Below are positions 1-13,400 of a stretch of DNA of 64,000 nucleotides, piece by piece. The DNA comes from Orbicella franksi (taxonomy: Eukaryota). Position numbers and translations under genes: made by a program. The DNA is taken from NCBI GenBank assembly GCA_964199315.1, contig OZ116705.1, positions 6,014,001 to 6,078,000 of the forward strand, given 5' to 3'. The notes under the pieces are model-generated. The model saw only the letters and a list, made by a program, of their open reading frames with translations. It searched no databases and was not told the origin of the DNA. Numbering within the stretch: the first letter of the stretch is position 1; every line of letters begins with the position of its first letter.

Positions 1-780
1 GTTTTCACTTCGTGTCTCATTCATTCCCGCTCTTCTTCGAGGTTGTTCAACAGGTGAAAACAGGTTTTCGATGGACGTCATTCACGCGTCAGGTGTTACA
101 CTCGCATCCATTTCAACCTATTTCCGATCGACACTGATAAATGTAGCAAAAAGAAACAGAGCCAGTTCCATTGCGTTTTTAATTAACATCGTTTGACTAA
201 AATCCACAACTATTATTAGATAAAAAATTGCATATAGTGTTTGTCTGGCATTGCTGTAAAGCTGGAATTTTTTCCCCATCAACTTAACGTGTGGCAGTCG
301 GTAAGAGTTCACCACAGTGTTGCCAGTTAAAGTAATTAGTTATAACTAGCCAAAGAGCAGCGACTTTTTTCATATAAAAAAAAACTACAAATTTATAAAT
401 ATCCTTACAGAGTTAACTTGTTAATCAAATTTTAAATCAATAGTTTCTAGTAGCAGCCTTACAGTTATTCCTTACTTTCCCGAGCAAAAAGAAACAAAGC
501 ATTTCATTATATGATCGTGTTGATTTTGTTTAAACAATTGACATATGCTTGAACGCAACTTAACTATAACTACCCTGAGTTTGAAACGTGACTGTATTGG
601 TACTAATTTACTGACTATGTAAAATTTCCTCATGGCATTTAGACCTTTTTCACCCCAGTTGTTGTAAATAATACCCTGATAAGTTATTCCTGTTGGTGGG
701 ATAAGCCACCCACGGAATTAAAGGAGCTCAGTCACGGTATTTTGAGTTGTTTTGGCCACGTACAAAATTAACTTTAAATT
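1..780. repeat. Duplicated 3' flank of the PARP14 unit (homologous to about 27896-28685 and 55852-56645)
   Basis: Long colinear identity, e.g. tcacttcgtgtctcattcattcccgctc...cacgtacaaaattaactttaaattg. The 27405-27895 and 55405-55850 segments also match each other. Confidence 0.9.
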
Positions 781-1160
781 GATCTGTTTAGTACAGAAAC
801 GCAAAATCCGTTTTCGGATTTAAGAATCCAATGTTGGATTTTCTTAAAGAAACGCACCCTTAGATGTGTAATAAAGGTTCATCCTAGCAGAGTGCAAGTG
901 TTTTAGAAGTCCCACTGTGCAACTTGCGTCCCAGCATGTGTGATTTTGTACCATGTGACCGAATCGTTCAAAGGGCCTATTCAATCAGTGAAGTTCTCAA
1001 GCCATAAATCATGAAATTTAGACCTCTTTCGCCCTAGTAAGGTAAAGTCTGCATATTTGAAATAACTCTTACATTTTGCGTCTGCAATTACATTCTGAGG
1101 CGAAATGATGTGTAGACATCATGATTCCCTACGAAGAGCATCGACAAAGAAATATTTCGC

Positions 1161-1441
1161 CTACTGTTGCATAGTTATAAGGTATTCAGGGTAGCACTGA
1201 TTCTCGCAAAATACAACAAAAATAGACGGGTTTCCTTGATTATTGACCACTGATTCATACAAAATCTCTGGTCTCCATGTGTACTTTGGGGGAGGCACCA
1301 TCATTGAAGAATTGCCTACACAATACTGCCCGACCAGGACCCGGGCAAGGTACATGTGGCGGACCCCGACTCCTCCCCTTGCGTAATTAAGTGAGCATCG
1401 AGCGTCTCTTGCAAAATACACACCGCGTCCATACTTAGTTC
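1161..1441 (-). CDS. PARP14: Copy A last exon, ART catalytic C-terminal half
   Basis: GTKYGRGVYFARDA...PSIFVVF...QCYPEYLI; acceptor tttgcag; TAG stop at 1161-1163. Confidence 0.9.
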
Positions 1442-4400
1442 CTGCAAAGGAACACAAAGTGTGAGTCAAAGGATGGATTCCAGCAAATAACAGCATTAAA
1501 AAATGAATAAAAACAACTATGAAAAAAAGGGCGGGTATTTCTGTGATTCACTACCTTGAAATCATGGCTAAAGAACAAAGGAAAAAAAAAAGAAAACGAG
1601 GGAGAGAAGTTAGAGGTCCCCATACTTGAACTCTTCTGATGAAATTTATTTGAAACCTATTGTCAGTTCTGTCTCAGATTTCCCGCCTAAGTATCTTGAG
1701 GTCGACATCTAATAGATAATTTAGACAGAGGGTATCTTCTTTTCTTTAAGGGAGACAGCGTAGGATTGAATAATCCGGTAAAGAATTATAAATATATTTC
1801 AAATGGTTATTCAGGGGCACAAGGATTCTTTCCTTGTTTTCTCTCTTTCTCTCTTTCACTTGGGCATCATGGATTGCACAATGGCGAGAGCGCTCGCCTT
1901 CCACCAATGTGTTCGTTGTTTTGGCAACGGTGGTCATTGTTGTTTTTTTCTCGTGATTGCTCTGGGCATTTTCCTCCGGCTTGTTGGCTTTCCTCCCTCG
2001 TTCCAAATTGTAATGCGCTCTCCATGCACGAGCCCCTCAATTGTTCGCGGGTAAAAAGGGTTATAACATTTTCTTTACATTTTTCCCTTGATGGCCTTTT
2101 GTCTCTAAATACGGTCTAAATTTGTCGCTAAAAACTTGCTCCATCATAAACGTTACTTTCACTACTCATCCCCTCCCCTACCAGAGCAATAATTTAATAA
2201 AACCACTTGCCATAGGCCCCACAGAAGCTTCTGTTAAATCCTCGAGCGTTGATATGGCAGACATTTTTAGCGTCGGTTCCATGAAACAACTGCCGTTCAC
2301 TATTCCTACCAATGTCTTTTTCCATCTTCTGTTTTCTTAACATGTAACACTGGTACAGATAAGGATTCTGTATTCTCTCTATTTTGTGAATAATCACTCC
2401 CTCAACGGTAGCTTGGAACCTGAACAGGACAGCTTGGTACTCAGAGGAACTTGGTGCGAGTTCTACGGTGTGCACTGTCATGTTAGCGCTTGGCAATGGA
2501 TCCCAGTATTCGGGAAGAGGAATTCCTAAAGACAGAAATAAAATGTTTGCTAACTTAACCTTTAGTCTAGATGGAAACAGATACAAAATCATCAATTGTA
2601 GTTTCAACTATTATCATATGGCTGAGAAAATACCTCATTGTGATTGGCTGAGAACAGGCCAATTTAAATAAGTAATTTTTAATTTGCTCTGCGGTGCAAA
2701 TTAACACTTGCGCTTTCGTAATTTTCTCAATCACAAAATAAATGACTAATCGTATGAAAACTCGCACAGTTAAGGATTTATATGCGCTACTAGCGATGTT
2801 TGAAAATTCTTTCACATTAAAGGCTCGTGAAGTTTTGAGAGAATTTCCAAATATCACTAGTTTTATAAATTCCTGATTGCACTGGCATTCCCACGATTGC
2901 CTATACTAAGCGTTAAGAAAATCATAGAAAGAGGATGAAAAGCTAGATTTCATCATGTCACGAACATGCCTTCATATCTTCATTCCCACCCCCCGGTTCA
3001 AATATATGATCTTTCATATATTCACTTGTATTCTTCACCTTCTACGGGTATATTACGAACTCACGTTGCGATCAGCTCCCAGTTGGCTTGATAGCTCCGT
3101 TGGTAGAGCATTGCGCTGGTATCGCAGAGGTCATGGGCTCGAATCCCGTTCAATCCTGAATTTTTTTTCAGGCTTTTATTTCAGAACTACGTAAGCTGTG
3201 CTTATAACTGCGATGATCAATCAAGTCTTCATACTGTATAAAAATTGGTAAAGGGTCTCGGAAAAGCTTTGGATCTGTATAATGTAAGCTAATACTCTTT
3301 AGCATGACTTATCTTTTTAAGGATGTTTTATAATTACGGCGCGCAAGAAAGTTCTGAAAAAACGAAAACGACTCTTACTTCTAACAGTTAGGCAACTAAT
3401 AAGCAATAAGGCCACAAGGTCATTCAGGACAGTGCTCAGTGTAATACCTGAAAAATATTACCCCAGCAACAGAGCAATCTGATTGGTTGATTTTAGTTAC
3501 TGGCCCTCTGAACTAACTAAGGGTGTGTTTCTTTAAGAAAATCCAAGATTGGATTCTTAAATCCGAAAACGGATTTTGTGTTTCTTTTCTAAACAGACTA
3601 ATCCAAGATCTCTCGGATCGTGGTGCACCAAAGGAACCGAAGAGTCCTTGCCCAGAGTGGATTCTTCGGTTCCTTTGATGCACCACGATCCGAGTGATCT
3701 TGGATTAATCTGTTTAGTAACGAAACGCAAAATCCGTTTTCGGATCAAAGAATCCAATCTTGGATTTTCTTAAAGAAACGCACCCTTAGTTATGCAACAA
3801 AGGTTCATATTAGCAGTGCACAAGTGTGTTTTTCACATCTGTGTAATATCTTCTGTCATTTTAAACAACGTCATTTCCAGTAATAAACTGTCACTAACCT
3901 TCTTTAGCTCCCTTCACCTTCCTCTTCAGTGTAATTTGTTCACCGGTTTGTTGTCCTCGGCCAGTTTTTGCTTTTAAATCGATAACAAACTGCTCTCCAC
4001 GTAAAGATACTTGTACTCTGGGCTCATCTTTACCGCACGCCATCTCAATCTTGGCGTTAGTTTTCCGACAGAAAGCCATTTTACTACCATGTATTTCATA
4101 ACTCCATTCTATGTTCATTGCCACCAGCAGCGCCTGTTCTTCCTTCTGGTTCTTCCTTGTTCTCTCGCTAATCTCTTTCCAGATCTCCCCGACCATGCCG
4201 GACACATCAGTCGGTTGACCCCGTACGACAATGCGATCAAGACCAGCCTCGACCACAAGTTTGACGTCACGGTCCTCGGCTTTTCTTCTCAGGCTGACAA
4301 TCTGTTTATGAGAAAGTTGACTAATGGCCTCACTTTCGACTTTCTCAGTGGTAAAAGCTTCAAAGTAACCTTTCTTCAAAGACTCCACAGCTTTTTCCAC

Positions 4401-7400
4401 TCCAGCCTTTTTCTTGCCGATCACACAAATTCGCACAGTGTGGTGTAGACTTGCTTGTTTTATTGGACTTCTTAAGCGCATTCTTGGCTGGCCAAAATCT
4501 GTGTCATCCGAAGACGAGTCGCTTTCTTCTTCGTCCAAATCTTGCATTGAGCTTCTCTGCTGTTCTTGCAAAAATTCCTGGATCATTCGAGCTTGAAATA
4601 CAACCACTCTCACTTTGCAAACACTTTTACAACTGCCGTTGAAGTTGTTGAGCGCTTGAAATATTACCTGAGCCGAGTCCGCCGCGGCCAAGCCATATCC
4701 GCCGGTACCAACACTTGGAATTGAGATCGATCGAAGGTTGTGTACATCTGCAACACGAAGACCCTCCTCCAAACATTGCTGAAGATGTTGTTTATCTGAA
4801 GAGCCCGGAATTATGTGAATGATGTGAGATACTTGTAAATTCCCGCCACTGGTCATCACAGCTGAGCCCGCGGACTGCTTTCCCAGCTGGCTACACTCTT
4901 GCTGCACCTGTTGACCGCTGGCTCTTGCTATTGCTTTGCTCAAGTCACCGGCGTTATTCATGTTCATATCTGTGCTGTTGATATTCATGATGGCGTCGGT
5001 CTTCTCTTGCGTAAGATCACCATTTATGACTTCCACACTAAAGCGGCGATCCTTACCAATGGGTGACGTCGTGCCTTTACTAGAATATGAGGAGTGCCTA
5101 TGGTGCTCCTGCTGAAATGACTGCAGCATTTGAGGTTGGAAGACCACAATCCTAACCATACGAATGGTGTTAAAGCTTCCGCTAAAGTTGCCAAGAGCTT
5201 GAAATATCAGGTTGGCCGAGTCCACAAAAGACAAACCCAATGCTCCAGTTCCAACTGCTGGGATAGAAATGGATTGAAGACCTTTCGTTTCTGCAAGACG
5301 AAGGCATCTTTCCACGCACTGCTGCAGATGATCCTTTCTCGCAGAGTCTGGGATCAAGTGAATGATGTAACGTGCCGGCAAATTCCCACCTCTAGTAATC
5401 ACCGCTGATCCACCCAACTGCTGTCCCAACTGATTGCACTCAGCCTCCACTTGAGAACCACCTGCTAGCTTCACTGCCTTGCTCAAGGAACCTGCAGACT
5501 CCATATTCATATCTTTGCTGGTTGTAGTTACAGTGGCGTCTGTTGTCTCCTGGCACAAGTCACCCGGGACAACCTCGATACGCACACGCCCCGGTGAGAG
5601 TGGCACCCTTCGTCGGAACTTAGAACGAATACTGCTGAGCAGCCCTCTCATAGTGTAGGCAGGACCGAATTTGTGCTTAGCTCTCAATTTGTCCACTTCT
5701 TGTTTGAAGGCAGCTGTTAATGTCTGATCTTGCTGGAACACGAGAAATCGAATATCCCGCACTTTAGACACAGGGTTGGCTTGGCAAAAGCTGATCGTTT
5801 CTTCCAACATGATTCTTGAGGCTACGTCCCGCGGGAAGCCGAGTTTTCCAGTGCCTATGACAGGGAATGCGATTGACCTCGCTCTAAGCTCTTCCGCCTT
5901 TTGTAGACACTTTTGGACAAGGGCCCGTAGAGTCTGAAACAAAAGGAAAAAATAAAGAGAGAAAAAGAGTGGACTTCAAAGGTGGACCATATAATAAGTA
6001 CTGCACCAATCCACTAATGCCTTTATAACTTTCCTCAGACTAATTCTAAAGAATCATACGAAAAGGGAGTCACAGCTGGGAGAAACACTAAGCTAGTTTT
6101 CATCTTGAAGTTTTGTAAAGTTGAATTGACCACCAAAATCAGTTTGTGAAGATAAAGCCTTATCGTTAGCCCTTCGTCGGAGCAAAGCGGGAGACTGTGG
6201 GTTGTATTTGGAGTGGTGGGTTTTGCGAAAGAAGGAAAAGCGGAGAACTTCGAGAAAACTCTCGGAGCAAGGACGAACCAGAAAACTTAACCCAGATGTT
6301 GCCGGGCCGGAATTTCTACACGAGCCACATTGCATGGTGGGAGCCTAGCTTTCTCCCAAATAACTATGCCACCACTGCTTTTCAACCATTATGAGGCAGC
6401 AGTTCAAGGTACGAAAACAAATGCACTTACCGCCTCCCCTTCACCACCATTCCATTGGCAACAGGAAGTGTTGACCACGTGATTGGCCAAGGGAAAACCA
6501 GGAGAGACAGCAATGTCTCCAAGGTTTGGAGTGTTCATTACAGGAACACCAGCATTGATAATCGCTCGACACGATGCTCCCACTGAACTGACCAATACAT
6601 CAGCCTGCAATTCAAATTAAAACTTCAGGTTAAAATATTGTAAAGCATTACAGAGAGGATAGCAAAACAAAAAGCCCAACAGAAGTGCCCCCTTTTCAAT
6701 GTATAGTTAATCTGAAGTTTAAGTTGCTTAATCACACTTTGAACAGATGGTTTCTGGAGAGTGTTTGAGAAACACGTGAAGAAAGATATTGTCCTAATTA
6801 AGTTGGATTTTAAGGGGAAAATGAGCGAAGCAATTGTTAAAATTATCAAAGTAGGAGACTTAAATGGAATTAAAAAGAGTTATCTGTAAATTGAGTTAAA
6901 CAGTGTGATAGCAGAACAAAGTTATAACAGACAGCTTAGAAATTATGGGTTTTCTTGGATGCATTTAAATCTGATTGATAGTTTGAAATGACCGTTTTAT
7001 AACTGAGAACTAATCAAAAGTGACACACTGATAAGTGGACAAGTATCGGGAAGTGGGTACGCAGGTTTAATCGCTCAACACTCACCTTCTCTGTCTCAAT
7101 ATTTGCAGCTCTCAAAGATATTCTGTGGTGACCTTTGGTCGTAACCAAGGTAGATGCATCAGACCTACTAAAAGCAGCCCCGTCGTAGTCGTCTTCGTCG
7201 TCTTCATCATCATCATCGTCATCATCATCATCATCATCATCAACACTGAAGTCATCACGCCTCTGGCCAAAATGCTTCTGTACGTGTATGGCACAGTTGT
7301 AAACCTTTTCCACTGATTTCACAAGACGATCTCCTTTTCTGCTTTCAAAGTACTTCTGGAGGCCTGGCTGTTTCACCTGAAAGGTTTTGGAGGCGGTGTC

Positions 7401-10400
7401 ATTTATAAGAGCGTCAAGCTTCCTTCTCAAACGAATCAAACCTTCTTTGTTTCCAGAAATGTAAAATTCGTTTTCGCCTTTTCCTTTGTTAATCTTCACT
7501 TCAAAATCCTTCAATTCATTTTCAATGGAGCGCAATTCTTCCTGACGACGCTCGGTAAGATACCTTATGACAATCTGAGATGAACATACAAACAATTCTT
7601 CCCTGATGCAGTCGCTCTCCAAGAATGTATTAAGCTTCTTCATCACCTCTATGACGTCATCCCGGAACCCAGCCACGTGGGTGTCATTCCAGTTGTTCCT
7701 ATGGATACGGACAGATGTTTCAGTGTTGATTTCGTCACACAACGAGAGCCACTCTGGTGATTTTACCAAGCATTTGCTCTTATCATCCACTTTTTCTTCC
7801 AACATCAGCTTGTTCAGGAGCCTCGTGGCATTGTCTGCATGCGCAGCTGACGTGCCCACGATCTTGGCATCTTTGCCAATGACGAACACTGCCTCCACGT
7901 TATTCTTTTCCAACTCACTCTTCACTTTCTTTAACCCTTCATCTGAGCCTAAAACTTCTAAGATGCCGTCGGACAAAGTCAAAGTGTTTTCAACCATGTC
8001 CGACATTTGTTTTTTGAACTTCATAGTTGCTTCAGTAAACTGTAGCCAAGGACCTTCAAAATAGATTTCTTCGCCTTCAGTGTCTAACTTTATCTCCAGC
8101 TCCTTGTTGTTCTCTTGAAGTTTCTCCACAAACTTGATCTTCTTCAACAGAATCAAGCGTTCTTCAGGAACGCCTGGTACGTTCTTCTTCAGGTATGTTT
8201 TTCTGGTTTCCTCCCGGTATATCTCTTCCAATTTAGATTTCAACTTCTCCTCGTAATCTTTAACATCTGAGCTCAGAGAAACAATTCTGGCAGCAAATAA
8301 ATTATCGATAGTTTTGACCAGCGGAGGATCCACTCCCAAGCAGGCGCGAATACTGGATAACTGTGTTTTCACTGCTCTCCAGAAATCCTTGTTGACTTGA
8401 ACGTCGCGCTTTGCAAATTTGCCGAGGTAATTTTGTACTTCATCAATGCACTCGGAGTGCCACGAATCACTTTCGTCTCCTCCTTGGTACACTATTACAG
8501 CCATTTTGTTGTTCGGTTTCCAGGTAATTTCACACTTCTTTGCTGCAAGGGAATTGCTTAGTTCATCACGAAATGCTGAAGTGGTGACGAATTCCATTAC
8601 ATCCGGGTCTACAGCTACAGCAACAGTTCCCAGTCCACTTGAATCGTCTGGCACGTCGCCTGCCTCGCTTTCTAGAAATTCATGGTAAATTCTAATTGAC
8701 AGTTGCGCTTGATCTAAGACATGTGGTTCTTCTTCATGCCTGGCTAAAACACTTTCCATATCTGTGAACCAAAAATAAAAGAACTATATACCCGAGCAAC
8801 AGTGCCTAAAACATTTTCTCTGCAACAACGAATGGAAATTAAACCAGGTCTGGAAAGAAAAGTCTAGCAGTGGCTACATTATAGTTTAATAATGTTCTTT
8901 AAGGACGTTCGCGCGAAAATTTTCCAACATTGATTTTGTTTTCTCAGACTTTTACCACTGTAAGATGATGAGTTAGTTATGTCTGAAATGTAAAAAATGA
9001 GGAGTCACCGACTTCGTTTTGGAGAGAACATGCCCGAAAGAACACCCAAAATATGAAAAAACGGGCTTCGCTAGCAAATAAGGCCACAGTGTCTGTAAGC
9101 CCAAATATATTGATATTAGATCTTTGAGGTTCTCTACCAAATATTGTTTAAGGGGACCTATTAAGTGAATTTAGTCAACTGGTAAGGTTCCTTAAAGAAC
9201 AAGTTCACATTTAGCGGCCAGAGTTTCACACGCCTTGCAGCCGCAAGATGGCAGGATTCGATGTCCTGTGGACAGAAATCTTGAAACGTTTTTTCCAACT
9301 TCCCACATTGATTTTTTGTTCACTTTTGGACAATGTGGAGATAATTGTAAATAAAATCTGTTCCTGGAAAGAAAAGTAGGGGTCACCGAACGTCCAAGAT
9401 CGTTAAATCCAGGCAAAGCTATAGCAATGGTCATCTGCCATATCATTGTTCATTTTATTACTTAGCGCGCGCTCATGACGTGGCGTGTGAATTTGCGTGC
9501 GCAGTAAGGATGCGTAAAAAATTAGCGCGAACGTCCTTAAATCAGAGTGATTTTAAAGTAGTTTAATTTTCCTCAAAGGGGAAGGAGAGTCGGGGACAAA
9601 TAACTTATTAGACTGGAAAATATGAGGAAATTTACAACAATTGCTTGTATAGCCTAGAGGAGGTTAAGGTGGACTACAAAGTCAGAGATTGGGTGTTCGA
9701 GTCTAGGTGAGTACAGAACAAAAAAAGTGGCTATGAGCCACTCAACTTGCAAAATGGATCGTCTGTATACAGTGACAATTTTGATGCCACTGACTTGAGG
9801 TTTATGCCAGTAAGTTAAGTTAAAGTTAAAGCCCACTGGCAAAACGCAACGGTAAGAGAATACACGAGGATATGTAACACCAACAAAAACATTCGTGAAG
9901 TTACTGGTGATCCTTGTCCGGGTCAGTTATAAAGAAAGTAAGGCTTCCTGTCCGATCAGCAAAGCAAGTATAATCGGATTCTCATTTTCATTCCTATTTT
10001 TTTCGTTCTTTATTTTCCCAGGCGATATCGGTGATTTTTTTCTTTCTATGTTACTTTTTGAGAGAAAAAAAAAAATATTCAACGCAGAGTCACACTACCA
10101 CAAAGACAGCACCGCGTCTCGCCCGCTTAAAAAAGTTAAGCCCTGTTCGGCGGGGTCCATGCTTGGATGGGTTACCAAATACGAATACCCCGTGATGTAA
10201 TAACTTCTCCTTTTTTTTCTTCCCTTTCCAAGGCGATATTAGTGACTGCTGAACTCCCAGTCTTGGGAAATGTCTTTTATTCTATTGGCAAGAACAATAT
10301 CTCAATATCTCAATATCTCTTGGTGGCAAGAACAATATCTCCCTAGTTCGCTGCGCTCACTCGTGAGATATTGTTCTTGCCACTCGAACATAAAATTCAC

Positions 10401-13400
10401 ATCTTCTCGCCACCGTGTAATATCCAGCGTCATATGATAAACTTTTTGACCAATCAGAATGTCCAGTTCTTATATTCACCTCTAGAAGTTATACTAAAAA
10501 AAAAAGAAGATTTACCTCAACAAAAAAGCTTTCAAGTTGCATAGAATGATAAATCTGCAATCATTGTACTTTACTTTCTTTCCACTTCTATTCTATAAGC
10601 CCATTATACTTGGCTTTAATTTCAATGCCTGGTGTATTAGGTACATAGCCCATGCAACAATCACGTATCTCTTTGCAATCATGGCACCCCCCCCCCCCCC
10701 CAGCTACAACACCCCCAGCCGCCTCTTTTGAGGCATTTTACCTTTTAAAAGCATAAAAAACTTTAAAGCTTAATTTCTACAAAAAAGCTCGCAAATACCT
10801 AAAAAAAGAATATCTTCACTGCGTTTGAACCAGATGATCTCAATTTTCAAGGTTGATAAAGAACATTTTTCTCTAGGTTATTAACTTGAGAAGATCACGG
10901 TACTTACCTTGATCTTCTCTTGATGTTAAAAATCAAACTTACCCAATGTATTAAATCCTTCCCCAATTATTTTGTTAATATTTGGTAAGATATATATGTT
11001 ATCTGCCGGCTGCGAGGTCCGTAGAGTGAAAAATTGTGACCGAGGTCTTGAAAATGCTGCCCTCGGCCTGCGGCCTCGGGCAGCATTTTCAAGCCCGAAG
11101 TCACAGTCTTTCACCATATGGACCGACTCTAAGCCGGCAAATAACATGTTTATTTTTTTTCCTGCAGTAAATTGGTTTTACAGATTACAAATGGGTTTGT
11201 TTACGCATTTACGCTTTGTCCTTGAATCGGCTTACGCACCGTCTACTGACGATTTGCAAAAATCTTCGCAACGAGCGGGTAACTCAGATAGTAGACAAAG
11301 AAAGATGTATAAAAAAACAGATATTTTTCGAACTACTTTATGTTGGTTGCATTTATTTCACCACTTAAGGGACTGTGCAATAATTACCTGGAGAGGGGGT
11401 TGGAAAATTAGAGGGGGGGGGGGGGTTGGATGTAAAATGTAATACATACAGAGGGGGCATTACTTTTTCATTCCTGGAAAAGTAGTGGAAGAGTTATTAG
11501 AGTTCAAATATATATATACTATCATCGGAATAAAACTGACAAATTTATCAACTCTAAGGTGTTCTGATCTGTTGTTTTCCTATCTGAAGAAAGGTCTTTG
11601 CAAGAGGTATGTTCCCAGAACAACGTGGACGAGACTGCATGTAAAAGTTATGTACAGCACCTTGAGTTCCTCGATGCAAAAGTTAAAAAAAAAGAGTCAG
11701 AGAAAGGAACACTCTCCCGCTTATTTCTTGGACAATTAAAAACGATGTAGAAGCGCTTACCAACAAGCAGCTGAAAATGTATCTAACGCTAAAAGGTCTT
11801 AAGATAAGTGGAAGCAAGGCTGAGTTGATTGATCGAGTTCTCACCCACGCACGCGGGAACCTTAGTGCTAGAGATGCTGTAGAAGATGAGGAATCTCCCA
11901 GTTCACGCGAACACGACACAAGCTCAGAGTCCAGTGATTCTGATGACTCTTCAAATGACTCTGACATACGTCGAAGAGTCATTTGAAGTGATGTTTGTAC
12001 CTGAGGAAGATCTCCAACAAGTAAACTAGGTATGAGGGAATCAATGGGAGGAGATTTTTTTCAAGGGGGGCGGGAAGGTTAGCTTTAATATTATTATGTG
12101 AGGGGGGGGGGTTGAAATTAATTTTTGCTTAATGAGAGGGGGGGTAGACTTAGTTTTGGGGCATATTTCACCCATTTCCCAACACCTCCCCTTCCAGGTA
12201 ATTATTGCGCAGTCCCTAAGTTCTCCAAAATTGGTTTTGCGATATGAAATTTCGTGCGAAGTTTGAAGTTTTACTACAAAAACAATTTCTGTCAGTCGTT
12301 GCTATCAAAATCACTTGAAATTAGACTTTTCTACCGTAAATTGTCTAACAGAAAACGAGTAAATTCGTTTAGTGTATTCCACAGAAATTCTCCTAAATAC
12401 AGCAACAATCAGACAGGTAAACTCGACTGAGATTGACTCACATTTTACGGCGAGAGAAACACAAGATTACGCGCCATTAAGCTACAAACAACCGAGCAAA
12501 CTCTCACAACTTCAAAACACTCAATTGAATTTACTTACAGTGACTTTCCTCGCCATTTTAAGGTGAACAGAGATAAACTTGCGTTGACTAATCGTCGATG
12601 GTAGTGTAAAAAAAGCAAAAGATTGACGATTACCGCCAACTTTTAGGAGCGAAATTTAGGAGCCCTAATCACTACAGCGGGGAAAAAATCCGGCCCGTGG
12701 GCCGTATCGTAAAAAGCTGGACCGGTCACGAGTGCACAATTAGCCAATCAAATTCGAGGACTTAGGATTCCGGCCTGGTCAGATGTTTGAGAAAAAAATA
12801 AACACACATTAACCAATGAACAAACAAGAACTGACTATACGTCATGACGTCGTGCGCGATCAACAACACAACTCGCAGAGCAAATATCTGCCAAGTTCAA
12901 GTGCTATAAAACTCTTATTCATTTAGTTTTTGTTCTCGCATATACAGTGTACTTAAGGATATGAATTTTGTGGAAGGAATTGAATATGGTCTATCCAACT
13001 TAAATTCAAGTCTTTGAAGGCTAAGGAGGACAGGTGAAAGCAGTGGATGGCTATTTATCCGACTACTGTGTGATGCGGATCGTTTGGGAAATTACGTTTG
13101 GACCTCCAGGAAGAAGAACAGAGCCGTTCCCGCAGTTTGTGTAATTGTTGCACTTTTAGTTGATTTAATGAATGACCAATTCAAGTTTCTTCTCTACAAA
13201 GAAAGGGCATCCCAGCAAATTTGCCTCGGTCGTTTTACCGTGTTGAATGCAGTCGTCGATCGATGAAGTACTTTTGGGAACAGCGCTTTACTTCTCTGCC
13301 GTTCGTTGCGACTTCGGTTATCAAAAAAAGATTTACAGAATTAAAGTTCCCCCAACTAATTCCGCCTTCTTTAGTTAATTCGGATTCTCTTCGGTAAAAG

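Noticed and set aside
3085-3165. Possible tRNA gene
   Set aside because: No well-formed acceptor or anticodon stem; embedded in a longer interspersed repeat, so called a SINE.
10926-11442. ORFs reading GLENAARGRRPRAAFS / GLENAALGLRPRAAFS
   Set aside because: Translations of a palindromic repeat and the adjacent TIR element.
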